The notes below the pieces were generated by a model. The model was not told the origin of the DNA, did no database searches, and saw only the letters and a program-made list of their open reading frames with translations. This document shows positions 40,606 to 49,960 of a DNA stretch of 64,000 nucleotides, in pieces. Numbering within the stretch: the stretch's first letter is position 1; each line of letters begins with the position of its first letter. The stretch is from a virus. Location of the stretch: IMG/VR virus record IMGVR_UViG_3300032304_002264, positions 38,628 through 102,627 of that record; one strand, given 5' to 3'. The position numbers were made by a program, and so were the translations under genes.

Positions 40606-41403
40606 ATGAAAAAAATACATTTCACATCAGGACTCCCAAGAGCTTGCAGCACATTACTTCAAAATCTTTTGGCGCAGAATCCTCTTGTTCACGCCACCGC
40701 GACAAGCGGCGTTCATGAGATTATGTATCTCAGCAAAGCGTTCTTCAAAACCGAAGAGTTTCGCTCTATCCCCGAACCAAAAGACGGCGAAACGCTTTTC
40801 TCTGATTTTATGCGAGCGGGTATTGCGGCATCATTTGATAACTTAACTGACCGCCCGATTGTTGTTGATAAGTGCCGCAGTTGGATTGGCAGTGCAAATC
40901 TATTGTTTAAATTATTCCCCGACGCGAAGCTTCTCGTTCCAGTTCGCGATATTCGCGGCGTTCTCTCTAGCATGGAAAAGAAATTCCAAAAGCATCCCGA
41001 ATTTCAGCTTGAAATGAGCCAGCAAGACACTGCGCGAATTCAAACCGTCGAAGGTCGCTGCCAATTTTGGCTCGACACCGCTCCCGTTGGAATCGCCGTT
41101 CAGCGTCTGCATGAGCTTGCTCGCCTCCATAAAGATAAAGTCCACTTCGTTCACGCCGAAGACCTTGCAAGCGATCCTCAAGGCACGATGGCGAAAGTAT
41201 GGACTTATCTCGACATGGAGCCATTCGTCCACAACACGGCCAACGTAGAGCAATACACCAAAGAACACGAACTTGGCTGGCCTTACGGCGATCATGAAGT
41301 TCGTTCGCAAGTCAAGCCTCTCGTTCCTGATTGGCACGATACTCTTGGTCGCCAACTTTCCGAAACACTCTCCCAAAAATTCAATTGGATTAACACATTA
41401 TAA
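40606..41403 (+). CDS. sulfotransferase family protein
   Basis: SGLPRACSTLL (5'-PSB) and VRDIRGVLSS (3'-PB). Confidence 0.82.
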   Translation: MKKIHFTSGLPRACSTLLQNLLAQNPLVHATATSGVHEIMYLSKAFFKTEEFRSIPEPKDGETLFSDFMRAGIAASFDNLTDRPIVVDKCRSWIGSANLLFKLFPDAKLLVPVRDIRGVLSSMEKKFQKHPEFQLEMSQQDTARIQTVEGRCQFWLDTAPVGIAVQRLHELARLHKDKVHFVHAEDLASDPQGTMAKVWTYLDMEPFVHNTANVEQYTKEHELGWPYGDHEVRSQVKPLVPDWHDTLGRQLSETLSQKFNWINTL

Positions 41404-41405
41404 TT

Positions 41406-41861
41406 ATGAAATACGCAATTACAGGACCAGCAGGTCGAATTTTTCAAGTCTTGGATGAACCAACAGAAGAAACCAAGCAAATCACAAACGCGCAAGCAAA
41501 TACCGTCAAATCTTCAAAAGACCCAATTTTTTTGATTAATGGCGAATTGAAAACACAAGCAGAGGCTCAAGTTATCAGACGCGCAGAACAGAAAGCTGCT
41601 CGTATCGCGGCGATGACTCCAGAAGAGTTGACAGCGTATCAGCAAAGAGAAGCGATACAAGCTACTTATGCCGCCGCACTCGCAGCTTTTGAAACGATGC
41701 CTTTAGGCAAGCAAGCGCTATGGGAGTCAGTTCGTTCTAAGGTCGCCGAAGCTATTCTTACTGGCAATATTGCTACCGCAGTCGAAATTCTACAAACAAC
41801 TCCTGTTATCTATGCTGGAGCCGAAGCTGATCGAGACATGTTTCTCGCTCTATTTCAATAG
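41406..41861 (+). CDS. hypothetical protein
   Basis: 151-aa helical ORF. Confidence 0.6.
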   Translation: MKYAITGPAGRIFQVLDEPTEETKQITNAQANTVKSSKDPIFLINGELKTQAEAQVIRRAEQKAARIAAMTPEELTAYQQREAIQATYAAALAAFETMPLGKQALWESVRSKVAEAILTGNIATAVEILQTTPVIYAGAEADRDMFLALFQ

Positions 41862-41871
41862 AGCAGCAGCC

Positions 41872-42486
41872 TTATCGTTTTCTTTTGCGTTCGAAAAAAT
41901 CAAAGAAGCATTTCATCGCTTCCATATTGATATTATTGAAATGACTCGCTGGAAGCAGTTTCGGCGGCATAAGATTATACAAATCTTCGCATTCATACGG
42001 GCTCTTCTTTTGTCCCCAGTTCCCAGTCATAAACACATACTGATAATAGTATAAATATATATTAGCGTTGCGAGCATAGTTTTCGGGGCAAGTGATATTA
42101 AATTTCTTGATGAAATTCAAAGATCTGCGCTCGCAGTCCCTCTCTACCGCTATCGTTTTCATAAACTCTCCCCACTTCTTTAAAGAGACTTTGCCCTTTT
42201 CCATATCGCTCCAAATATCTCCAGAGTCAGCCCATTTAGCGGCGGAATCCACCATCTGCGTCAAATGAGAGAACTCGTGAATAAAAACGGTATGAAATCT
42301 TGGGCTTTTTTTTGCCACAACCATCTCATATCCATCGCAAAAACCAGAACACTTAAACTGCTTGAAGCCGTCTTGATATACGGTTTTTTTGGGGACAAGC
42401 GTAATTATTTTGTCGTGTTTAGCGCAATAGTTTCTCGCATATTCTTCGAACTTTTCGAAGTTTTGAATATTTATTTTTGCTTTCAT
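41872..42486 (-). CDS. HEXXH Zn-metallopeptidase-like protein
   Basis: VFIHEFSHLTQ followed by downstream ERDCE. Confidence 0.6.
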   Translation of the reverse strand: MKAKINIQNFEKFEEYARNYCAKHDKIITLVPKKTVYQDGFKQFKCSGFCDGYEMVVAKKSPRFHTVFIHEFSHLTQMVDSAAKWADSGDIWSDMEKGKVSLKKWGEFMKTIAVERDCERRSLNFIKKFNITCPENYARNANIYLYYYQYVFMTGNWGQKKSPYECEDLYNLMPPKLLPASHFNNINMEAMKCFFDFFERKRKR

Positions 42487-42758
42487 GTCAAGATATCTAA
42501 AGCGAGAAGGTCTCCCAACGACATTGGAGTTAAAAAACATGGCGTAGATTCGCCGACATAAGCGCCTATTTGATTATATTCGAAATACTCCTCCGCTTCT
42601 TCGTGAGAAGCGCCATCTTCAATCATTTTTTGAATCACTAGAAGTTTATTGTAGCATAAAATTGGAGGCTTGCCAAACTGCTCGACAACTCCGACGATGC
42701 AATCGTCGTATCCGTCCATAGAAATCAATTCGTCTTGTTCGTCTGTATTAAGATTCAT
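42483..42758 (-). CDS. phage hypothetical protein
   Basis: DGYDDCIVG...EAEEYFEYNQIGAYVGESTP. Confidence 0.7.
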   Translation of the reverse strand: MNLNTDEQDELISMDGYDDCIVGVVEQFGKPPILCYNKLLVIQKMIEDGASHEEAEEYFEYNQIGAYVGESTPCFLTPMSLGDLLALDILT

Positions 42759-42948
42759 AAATTGTTTCATCGTCTTCGTTAGCAACCACAACAGAGGCTT
42801 TGCTTTTCTTTTCCGCCCACTGACTGTAACAAACGGCTGCTCGCTGTTTATTATCGGGGTAATCAGTATTCATGGTATTATCTCCCATACAAGAATTAAT
42901 GAATTCTTTTTTGGATTGTCCTTTTGATTTTGGAGTTGGAATAGGCAT
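42748..42948 (-). CDS. small phage hypothetical protein
   Basis: MPIPTPK...FINSCM...QRAAVCYSQW. Confidence 0.65.
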   Translation of the reverse strand: MPIPTPKSKGQSKKEFINSCMGDNTMNTDYPDNKQRAAVCYSQWAEKKSKASVVVANEDDETIYES

Positions 42949-42994
42949 CTTTGTTTTATTATAAGTTTTTTGAGAGATTTGTCAACCTATCAAT

Positions 42995-43021
42995 TCATTG
43001 TTTTAAATGATTAAAAATATC
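42995..43021. repeat. 27-bp direct repeat, copy 1 (copy 2 at 45166-45192)
   Basis: tcattgttttaaatgattaaaaatatc is identical at both sites; equals the glutaredoxin 3' end. Confidence 0.85.
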
Positions 43022-43111
43022 ATCTGTTGAAATATTATAGTCTTCTTTGATTTTCATTATATTTTTCTGTAATGCAAAGTAGTATTTTGAGACGAGCTTG
43101 TCAAGCTTTTT

Positions 43112-43765
43112 TTAATTGACAGCTGTTTTTACAGCATGATGTATACCCTTTTGCATCGGGATATCCACCTTATCGAAACTCACAAAAGGCAATTCCATTT
43201 GTCCAACTTTGTAATTTAAAGCACTCGCAATCGTTGAGAATCTTAATTCGCTTATTATATCCAATTCATAAACTGAATCCCAGATAGGCTTAGCAACCGA
43301 ATCGAGTATTTCTTTTTTAAAAAATAATGCCCCAAAAGATATTAATCCCGTAGCGAATTTTTGATCTTGTATTCCCATTTGTTCAAACTCTCTCCACCAC
43401 ATCCAGTTTTCGGGTTTCCATAGTGGATCTGCCATTCTTCTCGGAACGCCAAAGAATTCTGACTTGATGAGTTTAGCGCCAGCCAAATCAAGCTCATCTG
43501 GCAATTCTGGGAGCTCCGTATTGACGAAAGTATCCCACTCTGCTAGGAAAATACAATCTCCGACATTTGCGTAATTTTGTTTCCACCATTCTCTTAATAC
43601 GCGGTCGCTGTTTCTCCAGTTATATCTCTTACCTTTGGGAGAGTCTTCTCCTACAACTACATGAATTTTTACATTTTTATTATACAGTCGCCACTGATTT
43701 GCGTGAGGCAATTTAACCTCACCATTCTCTATATGAGTCATTACTATAACGTCAGTTACTTTCAT
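43112..43765 (-). CDS. hypothetical protein, possibly glycosyltransferase-like
   Basis: FLAEWDT (DxD-like) motif, terminal HHAVK; lies in GT cassette. Confidence 0.55.
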   Translation of the reverse strand: MKVTDVIVMTHIENGEVKLPHANQWRLYNKNVKIHVVVGEDSPKGKRYNWRNSDRVLREWWKQNYANVGDCIFLAEWDTFVNTELPELPDELDLAGAKLIKSEFFGVPRRMADPLWKPENWMWWREFEQMGIQDQKFATGLISFGALFFKKEILDSVAKPIWDSVYELDIISELRFSTIASALNYKVGQMELPFVSFDKVDIPMQKGIHHAVKTAVN

Positions 43766-44423
43766 TTTTATTAAAATATTTTGTTGTGGCGGCGGATCTT
43801 GATTCGCGATGATCAGGCTGTTTAAACAAACTAAATTCACCCTGTGGTAATTCTATCAATCTGTTGGCTAAAAAAGTTGGTATGATCTTTTTGTTAATAT
43901 AAGAAGACACGAATATATCATCCTCAAATCTTGGAGCTTCGTGGCTTATTGGATCTGAACTAATCAGCGGCACATTTTTTAAAAAGTGTTTCGGGGTGAA
44001 GAGGAATCTTCCTTTTATAATGTTTACTTCAAAAGACGTTTTGCTATTTGTCTCCACATGACGAGATTTCCAATAATTAAAATTATTTAATAATACAACT
44101 CCAAAACCTCCAACCGCGCACTGGTTTTCTTTTGAATATTGTATGCAATCAGCGATTACATTATCATCCGAAAACATTAGATCATCATCGAGTGAAAAGA
44201 CATAAGGAGAACTAGCATAGTTACAGGCGAACCATCTAGGAAAGCACATTAAGTTTTTTGAAGCATCTATCTGTAAATCAACTTCATACTTATCTTTAGT
44301 GTCGCTGTTATTAATCATTATTATTTCCACCGAAACTGTTTGATTGCGCAAACAAGATATAATTTTCTCGATATTGTCTGGTCGAGAGTAGTTTGTAAGA
44401 ATTGCGGTGGCTTCGTAGTTCAC
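43752..44423 (-). CDS. GT-A fold glycosyltransferase
   Basis: ILTNYSRP, VFSLDDDL, FEDDIF. Confidence 0.75.
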   Translation of the reverse strand: MNYEATAILTNYSRPDNIEKIISCLRNQTVSVEIIMINNSDTKDKYEVDLQIDASKNLMCFPRWFACNYASSPYVFSLDDDLMFSDDNVIADCIQYSKENQCAVGGFGVVLLNNFNYWKSRHVETNSKTSFEVNIIKGRFLFTPKHFLKNVPLISSDPISHEAPRFEDDIFVSSYINKKIIPTFLANRLIELPQGEFSLFKQPDHRESRSAATTKYFNKNESN

Positions 44424-45169
44424 GGTATTTGCTTATTTTGATTAATTAATCCGAAGTCTTCTACAGCATTCATTCGTTTGCTATTTTTTTTAAAATAATA
44501 TTCTGTATGCCTATTTTTTCCCGCTTTAGTGCAGTTAGCGGTTCCACGAGGAATCACTAAATTAGTCCATCTTTCTAGGCTTTGTAGTTTGTAATGGTTT
44601 AATTTTAGCCGATGTTCGTCTATAATGCGTTCGCCGACAACTTCACAAAGATGCGTGTGCATTAACGATAAGCGCGAAACCCTACATATGGATTTTAAAT
44701 GATATAGCGATGGGTTTTCAATATTTCTCGCTCTTTTAGTAAAAGAGTTGACTATTTCTTCTGGTTGAGCAATTAATCCGTTGTCGCCGAAATCGGACAT
44801 GACGACATTCACCATAGATATTTCTTCGGAAATATTAGACAAGTATTCGGGCAGAAGCAAACCTTCACTATCCCACAAAAACTCATCTGCATCCACTATA
44901 GCCACCCAATCATAATCACCTATCAGTGGCATTATATACTGATTGTATGCAGCATTTTGGCGGTCTATTTCTCTAGGTATCTGCGGATTAATCACAGTTA
45001 AATAGCCCAAGCTTTCATGCTTCTTTAATATCTCATAGCAGCCATCGTCACTGCCGTCGTCAATGATAAAAAAATGAGAAACACCTCTCACCAGATAATG
45101 ATTTATCCATTCTTCTATTCCTGCTGATTCATTACGCACAATGGCGCATACGGCTAAACTGGGAATCAT
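44420..45169 (-). CDS. glycosyltransferase (GT2_4/GT92-like)
   Basis: AIVRNE..IEEWINHY, IDDGSDD, VDADEF, LNHY. Confidence 0.82.
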   Translation of the reverse strand: MIPSLAVCAIVRNESAGIEEWINHYLVRGVSHFFIIDDGSDDGCYEILKKHESLGYLTVINPQIPREIDRQNAAYNQYIMPLIGDYDWVAIVDADEFLWDSEGLLLPEYLSNISEEISMVNVVMSDFGDNGLIAQPEEIVNSFTKRARNIENPSLYHLKSICRVSRLSLMHTHLCEVVGERIIDEHRLKLNHYKLQSLERWTNLVIPRGTANCTKAGKNRHTEYYFKKNSKRMNAVEDFGLINQNKQIP

Positions 45170-45408
45170 TGTTTTAAATGATTAAAAATATCTTCTGAGC
45201 CCGAAATACGATCCAATTCAACGCCTTGATCGTCTTCAACGATAAGAACGGGAACTGATTTAATATTTTTTTCGCGAAACCAAGGAATATTCTCTGGGTC
45301 ATTCATGCTTTTGATGTTGACTGATATTTCTGATTTTTCCAATCGCGCTTTGAGAGCGTGACATGGACCGCAGGTTTTACTTGTTGCTAATACGAAATTT
45401 TTATTCAT
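45166..45408 (-). CDS. glutaredoxin/thioredoxin-like protein
   Basis: CGPC and SVP motifs. Confidence 0.85.
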   Translation of the reverse strand: MNKNFVLATSKTCGPCHALKARLEKSEISVNIKSMNDPENIPWFREKNIKSVPVLIVEDDQGVELDRISGSEDIFNHLKQ

Positions 45409-45474
45409 TTTTTATTTATTTGTTTCATGGAGTTTGACTCTCATAGTAAAAATATAATACACCACATTCAAAAG

Positions 45475-46014
45475 TCAATAATAATCGTCCCCATAACCAT
45501 CGCAAATTCCGTCAATGATTCCGTGTTTTTCGGCGACGTTCATAAAATGGTGTTCAAGCGGGTTATTTATGGCAAATACCGTGCGTCTGTTTAAGTCTGG
45601 CATCATGCCAGCCTCACGCACAAAAGAATCAAAATCCTCAACCACTCCCCAAGGAGTTCCTTTGGTTTTGGAGCGTTTGGAACACTCCTCCCAATGTGTT
45701 TTATTGGAACTTCCTTTTACAACCTGATCAGCCATGAATAGTGGAGACCCAAGCGGATCTCGGATTCGTGATTTACAACCCTTTTTCACAAAATATCCCG
45801 ACGCTTTCCATTCTTCATATTCCAAGGCGGTATCCTCTATTTTTAGATTATTAACTGTTTCATTCTTGAGCTGGTTTCTTCTGGCGTATTCTTTTTTTAA
45901 CGCGTTTAGGGATCTGCGGTCGCCTCTACGCTTGGAATATGCCAGCGCGTTCTCTAAATGCGAATCTGTCATATCTGAAAGAGACATGATTTTGCCGTCT
46001 TTTGTGCGCCACAT
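45475..46014 (-). CDS. hypothetical protein
   Basis: WRTKDG..SDMTDSHLENA phage-type motif. Confidence 0.65.
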   Translation of the reverse strand: MWRTKDGKIMSLSDMTDSHLENALAYSKRRGDRRSLNALKKEYARRNQLKNETVNNLKIEDTALEYEEWKASGYFVKKGCKSRIRDPLGSPLFMADQVVKGSSNKTHWEECSKRSKTKGTPWGVVEDFDSFVREAGMMPDLNRRTVFAINNPLEHHFMNVAEKHGIIDGICDGYGDDYY

Positions 46015-46081
46015 AATTATTGTTTCAATCTATCTGAAAATCTACGACTGTCAACTTAAATATGCTTTCGCGGCAGATTTC

Positions 46082-46822
46082 TTACCTATTTACAACCAAC
46101 CCTACGATATCACAGCACGATTTCTTTTCTACGCTCAGGCAAATTCGATAGATTCTATCTATTTTCTGAACATCCAAAACGCGGATTTCTCGCTTGTGCA
46201 TGAATGCGTAGTCTGTCATTCTTTTGATAACCAAATCAATGTATTTATCTTTGTCGTTTAAAGAAACGCCCCAGAACGCATCAAGATGTCTTATTGTGAT
46301 TTTATTCATTTGCGCCACGCCTATCATCGGTAGAGTCACAAATAAAACACCTTTGTCAATCAGTGAAAAAACATGAGGAAAATATCTGCTGGGCATTCCG
46401 TATGGATCAAGGTCGATGATATCATACTTACGCTTATTGGCGACCAAGCTATAAAGTTCTTTTTCGCTGTCTCCGTGTATAGCAGTTACGCCTTCCATTT
46501 CTAAACTGTTGATAAACTCGACTCTATCTTTTTTGATATCGTAACACTCGACTTTGCCTATTTGATTATAAAATTCAGTCATGCCGCCAAAGCCCGAATT
46601 TGTTTCTAAAATATTATTGCCAGCGGCGGAGAGATACTTTTCCGCCTGTTGAATTTTTTCGGCGGTGTGTTTGTAGCGATCTTCATTCGCGCTCTGCTTT
46701 AACCGTCTGACTTTATGCTTAACGCTGGTGGCGCTGGTCCCTATCTCCGCCGCGATTTCTTCGTAAGTCCTTCCAGACTCTCTCATTTCCAAAACGCTTG
46801 CTTCCAGCTTTTTATTCCACAT
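46082..46822 (-). CDS. HTH fused to SAM-dependent methyltransferase
   Basis: N-terminal HTH (TYEEIAAEIGTS); ILETNSGFGG; YDIIDLDPYG. Confidence 0.7.
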   Translation of the reverse strand: MWNKKLEASVLEMRESGRTYEEIAAEIGTSATSVKHKVRRLKQSANEDRYKHTAEKIQQAEKYLSAAGNNILETNSGFGGMTEFYNQIGKVECYDIKKDRVEFINSLEMEGVTAIHGDSEKELYSLVANKRKYDIIDLDPYGMPSRYFPHVFSLIDKGVLFVTLPMIGVAQMNKITIRHLDAFWGVSLNDKDKYIDLVIKRMTDYAFMHKREIRVLDVQKIDRIYRICLSVEKKSCCDIVGLVVNR

Positions 46823-46863
46823 AATACTTGGACGAACATACCGCAAAAAAAGGCGTTGTCAAT

Positions 46864-46899
46864 AAAAAAACGAGCCAGAGAGTTTGATTCTCTGGCTCG
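46864..46899 (-). terminator. intrinsic terminator
   Basis: cgagccagaga-atcaaac-tctctggctcg-ttttttt on the minus strand. Confidence 0.85.
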
Positions 46900-46925
46900 A
46901 TGAATGCTGAATTGTTTTTTAAAGA

Positions 46926-47123
46926 TTATTTATCTTTGGCTTTGCCGACGTTTAAAGCGAAAAGATCAATCACTTTGTAAAGTTTCGCCCACACAGTTCC
47001 CGCTTTGGGAGTCGGAGTTGCGGCGGCGATGGCGGAAGCTAGCGTTACGACGCTAGTTACAACTGGAAACCACGGATAAGCTTTAACCAGTTCGATGATG
47101 ATGGGGATAATTGTATCTGTCAT
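46926..47123 (-). CDS. small membrane protein (holin-like)
   Basis: hydrophobic helix, ATPTP, LALNVGKAK-type C-terminus; GTGTAA upstream. Confidence 0.6.
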   Translation of the reverse strand: MTDTIIPIIIELVKAYPWFPVVTSVVTLASAIAAATPTPKAGTVWAKLYKVIDLFALNVGKAKDK

Positions 47124-47177
47124 GACTATTTTTACACTTAAAGGCGGCGAACCGAACTTTTTTATTAAAACGTCCGT

Positions 47178-47336
47178 TTATTTCGTTGGCTCGACAGGCT
47201 GTTGAGATTGCGAGTAGAGTTGAAACGCTTTATTGATTGCATCAAGTTGAGCGGCGTTCTGATTCAGTTCGCTAGGAGCGCAAGAAAAAGAAGCGAGAGC
47301 AAAGAAAGAAATCGCGAGTAGTTTGATTGTTTTCAT
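47178..47336 (-). CDS. small lipoprotein (52 aa)
   Basis: MKTIKLLAISFFALASFSC signal with Cys; GTGTAA 8 nt upstream. Confidence 0.6.
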   Translation of the reverse strand: MKTIKLLAISFFALASFSCAPSELNQNAAQLDAINKAFQLYSQSQQPVEPTK

Positions 47337-47369
47337 ATGTTTATTTACACATAGCGCGAAGTGTTAGAC

Positions 47370-48026
47370 TTAAAAAGTGTATTTTAATGCATCAATATCC
47401 TTTTCGAATACTTGTTTGATTATTTTTTTTGTATTGCTGTTGAAGTATTCTTGATAGAATTTGTGGTCGGTGCTGTTTTTGTGAGGAAGTTCGGTTCTGA
47501 TGTGAGATATGTTATACTCTTTCAGCATCCGAGAGAATTCTTCTTGAAGATTTTCAAATCTTAGCGTCTCATTCGGCGGATAAAGCCCCTCCATCCATTG
47601 TGTTTGCTTGTGAGAAGCTATGAAATATGGATCATTCTCGTAATCCTTCAGCAATTCGCAGAAAACTTCAAAAGTCATCTCTGTTTTGATGCCATACAAA
47701 CGCCCCAAATCGTTTTTTTGGGCAAAGTGATACATTGAAACAGCTCGATCCCAAGGATTTCTCACTATGCAAAAAGAAAAATAATTAGCCATTTCTCTTC
47801 TAAAAACATTGTAGACTTCAGTTGGTTTGGCGTGAGTGGGATCGAACCAACCTTTATAGAGCTTTCTGTCAGCTAGTTCGTAAAATCTTTTTTCGTGTTT
47901 TTTAATCAGATTAAATTGCCCCAAATGTTCAGACATTGAAGTGCTGGCATTTTTAGGTATGCGATAAAATATAAGATGAAAAATCCATCGTTCGCGGCTT
48001 ATCAATTTTGAAACATAATCTTCCAT
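47370..48026 (-). CDS. sulfotransferase family 2 protein
   Basis: RIPKNASTS, VRNPWDRAVSMY, RFENL. Confidence 0.85.
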   Translation of the reverse strand: MEDYVSKLISRERWIFHLIFYRIPKNASTSMSEHLGQFNLIKKHEKRFYELADRKLYKGWFDPTHAKPTEVYNVFRREMANYFSFCIVRNPWDRAVSMYHFAQKNDLGRLYGIKTEMTFEVFCELLKDYENDPYFIASHKQTQWMEGLYPPNETLRFENLQEEFSRMLKEYNISHIRTELPHKNSTDHKFYQEYFNSNTKKIIKQVFEKDIDALKYTF

Positions 48027-48139
48027 TATTTGTTTTTTCTTTGCGGGGTTGCGCCGCTGATATGCTATTCTATAAATAATGCGCCGAAAATCAAATTTTT
48101 TCCGTAAAAAAAGTGTAATTAGCTTTAACGCATTAAAGC

Positions 48140-49465
48140 ATGTCCGCTGAATACACTTTCAATAACCTTGGGCAGCTATCCCATACAGCGGCAAATATGC
48201 CTTGTATATATGATCGCGCAAACGATGTGTATAGACCTGTGGAGAAAAGCGATTTAAGTCTTGCTAATTCAGAAGGATCTACATCTTTTGATGCTTTTGG
48301 GCGTTTAAGAACTTCTTCTCCATTGACTTTGTTTGATTCTAGCCATAGATACGCTGATAACAATCTATGGTCAACAACAAGTGGAGTTAGTGGTAGTGGT
48401 TCATTTAATCAAAATCAAGGATTGATGGAACTAAACGCAACAAACGCTTCTGGTTCGTTCGTTACTAGAGAAACAACAAAAGTTTTTGCTTATCAACCTG
48501 GAAAAAGTTTACTTAACTTAAACACATTTGTAATGTCTCCAGCGAAAACTGGTCTTAGACAAAGAGTTGGTTATTTTGGTGCTGATAACGGAATATATTT
48601 GGAACTTGTAGATTCGACATTGAATTTTGTTGAACGCTCATTGGTTAATGGTAGTCCAGCAACAGAGATAAGAGTGCCGCAATCATCTTGGAGCGGAGAC
48701 AAACTAGATGGAACTGGTGCATCTGGATTTACTTTAGATATGACCAAAGCGCAGATTTTGTGGATGGACATAGAATGGTTAGGTCTTGGATCAGTAAGAA
48801 TGGGTTTTGTTATTAATGGCAAATTTGTTTTGTGTCATACGTTTCATCACGCCAACATCATCGACTCGACTTACATTACTACCGCTTCTTTGCCGCTTAG
48901 ATATGAAATAGCAAATACCGCCGCAACTTCTGGCGCTAGTAAGCTAAAACAAATATGCTCTTCTGTAATTTCAGAAGGTGGTTATGAATTGAGAGGCTCG
49001 CAACAAGCCATAGCTACTCCCATCAACTCCCCAAGAACTCTTGGAACTATTGGAGTAAAATACCCTGTTATAAGTATTCGTTTAAAATCCACTAAATTAG
49101 ATGCGATTGTTATTTTAACAGCACTATCTATAATGGGCGATACAGCAGGAAAGTTTAATTGGTCTTTAGTTGCTAGTGGTGTAACAACAGGTGGTACATG
49201 GCAATCTGCTGGAGGCTCTTCTGCGGTTGAATATAAACTTGATGGCGTTAGCTTTAGCGGTGGAAGAGCATTGGCTTCTGGTTTTTTTACCTCTACAAGC
49301 GCGGTATCAACTAACTTAGATATTTTGAAAGAAGCCTTGTTTAAATTCCAACTAGAAAGAAACGGTTTAACTGGAGAAGCTTACGAATTAACATTAGTTC
49401 TTGCATCAGACAGTTCCAACGACAGAGTTTTTGCTTCTATGGATTGGGAAGAGATCAGCAGATAA
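48140..49465 (+). CDS. phage protein, probably virion beta-rich
   Basis: DAFGRLR, YQPGK, WLGLG.VR.G, terminal WEE; GTGTAA upstream. Confidence 0.7.
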   Translation: MSAEYTFNNLGQLSHTAANMPCIYDRANDVYRPVEKSDLSLANSEGSTSFDAFGRLRTSSPLTLFDSSHRYADNNLWSTTSGVSGSGSFNQNQGLMELNATNASGSFVTRETTKVFAYQPGKSLLNLNTFVMSPAKTGLRQRVGYFGADNGIYLELVDSTLNFVERSLVNGSPATEIRVPQSSWSGDKLDGTGASGFTLDMTKAQILWMDIEWLGLGSVRMGFVINGKFVLCHTFHHANIIDSTYITTASLPLRYEIANTAATSGASKLKQICSSVISEGGYELRGSQQAIATPINSPRTLGTIGVKYPVISIRLKSTKLDAIVILTALSIMGDTAGKFNWSLVASGVTTGGTWQSAGGSSAVEYKLDGVSFSGGRALASGFFTSTSAVSTNLDILKEALFKFQLERNGLTGEAYELTLVLASDSSNDRVFASMDWEEISR

Positions 49466-49486
49466 ACAGAAAAATTCTTTGTGAAA

Positions 49487-49569
49487 TGGATCTGGAAGTG
49501 AGATTCGAACTCACGGTGTTGTATCCCATATTACAAGTATGGTGCTTTCGACCACTAAGCTACTCCAGA
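49487..49569 (-). tRNA. tRNA-Thr(UGU), 11-nt variable region
   Basis: ccata-CTTGTAA-tatgg; TTCGAAT; CCA. Confidence 0.85.
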
Positions 49570-49694
49570 ATTAAAAATTAAACACTAGACCTTTGTTATG
49601 TTTCTTAGCCGTTCTAGAAACGGCAACTAGCGTATTATTTTATTTGCTTTGGCGGGTAATTAGTCCATTACTGGCAGATAAATAATAAAAAAAA

Positions 49695-49785
49695 TGGCGG
49701 CTAGCATTGGGATTGAACCAAAAGGCTGTTTAGGCCTCCCTCAGTTTAGCAAACTGTGACCGTCACCAAGACGACATTACTAGCC
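49695..49785 (-). tRNA. tRNA-Ser(GCU)
   Basis: cagt-TTGCTAA-actg; long variable arm; G73; CCA. Confidence 0.85.
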
Positions 49786-49792
49786 ATGAAAA

Positions 49793-49867
49793 TGGATGCC
49801 CAACAGAGAGTCCCACTCTGATTTCTCCCATACCAAGGGAGCGTGTCTAGTTTTACACTTTTGGGCA
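49793..49867 (-). tRNA. tRNA-Thr(GGU), atypical T-loop
   Basis: ctccc-TTGGTAT-gggag; T-loop TGGGACT; CCA. Confidence 0.8.
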
Positions 49868-49876
49868 ATTGAAAAT

Positions 49877-49959
49877 TGGTAGCCGTAGAGAGACTTGAAC
49901 TCTCAATCCCGAAGGCGACAAGGCTTAAACTTGTAGTGTATGCATTCCACCATACGGCC
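49877..49959 (-). tRNA. tRNA-Leu(UAA)
   Basis: acaag-TTTAAGC-cttgt; variable arm; CCA. Confidence 0.88.
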
Positions 49960-49960
49960 A

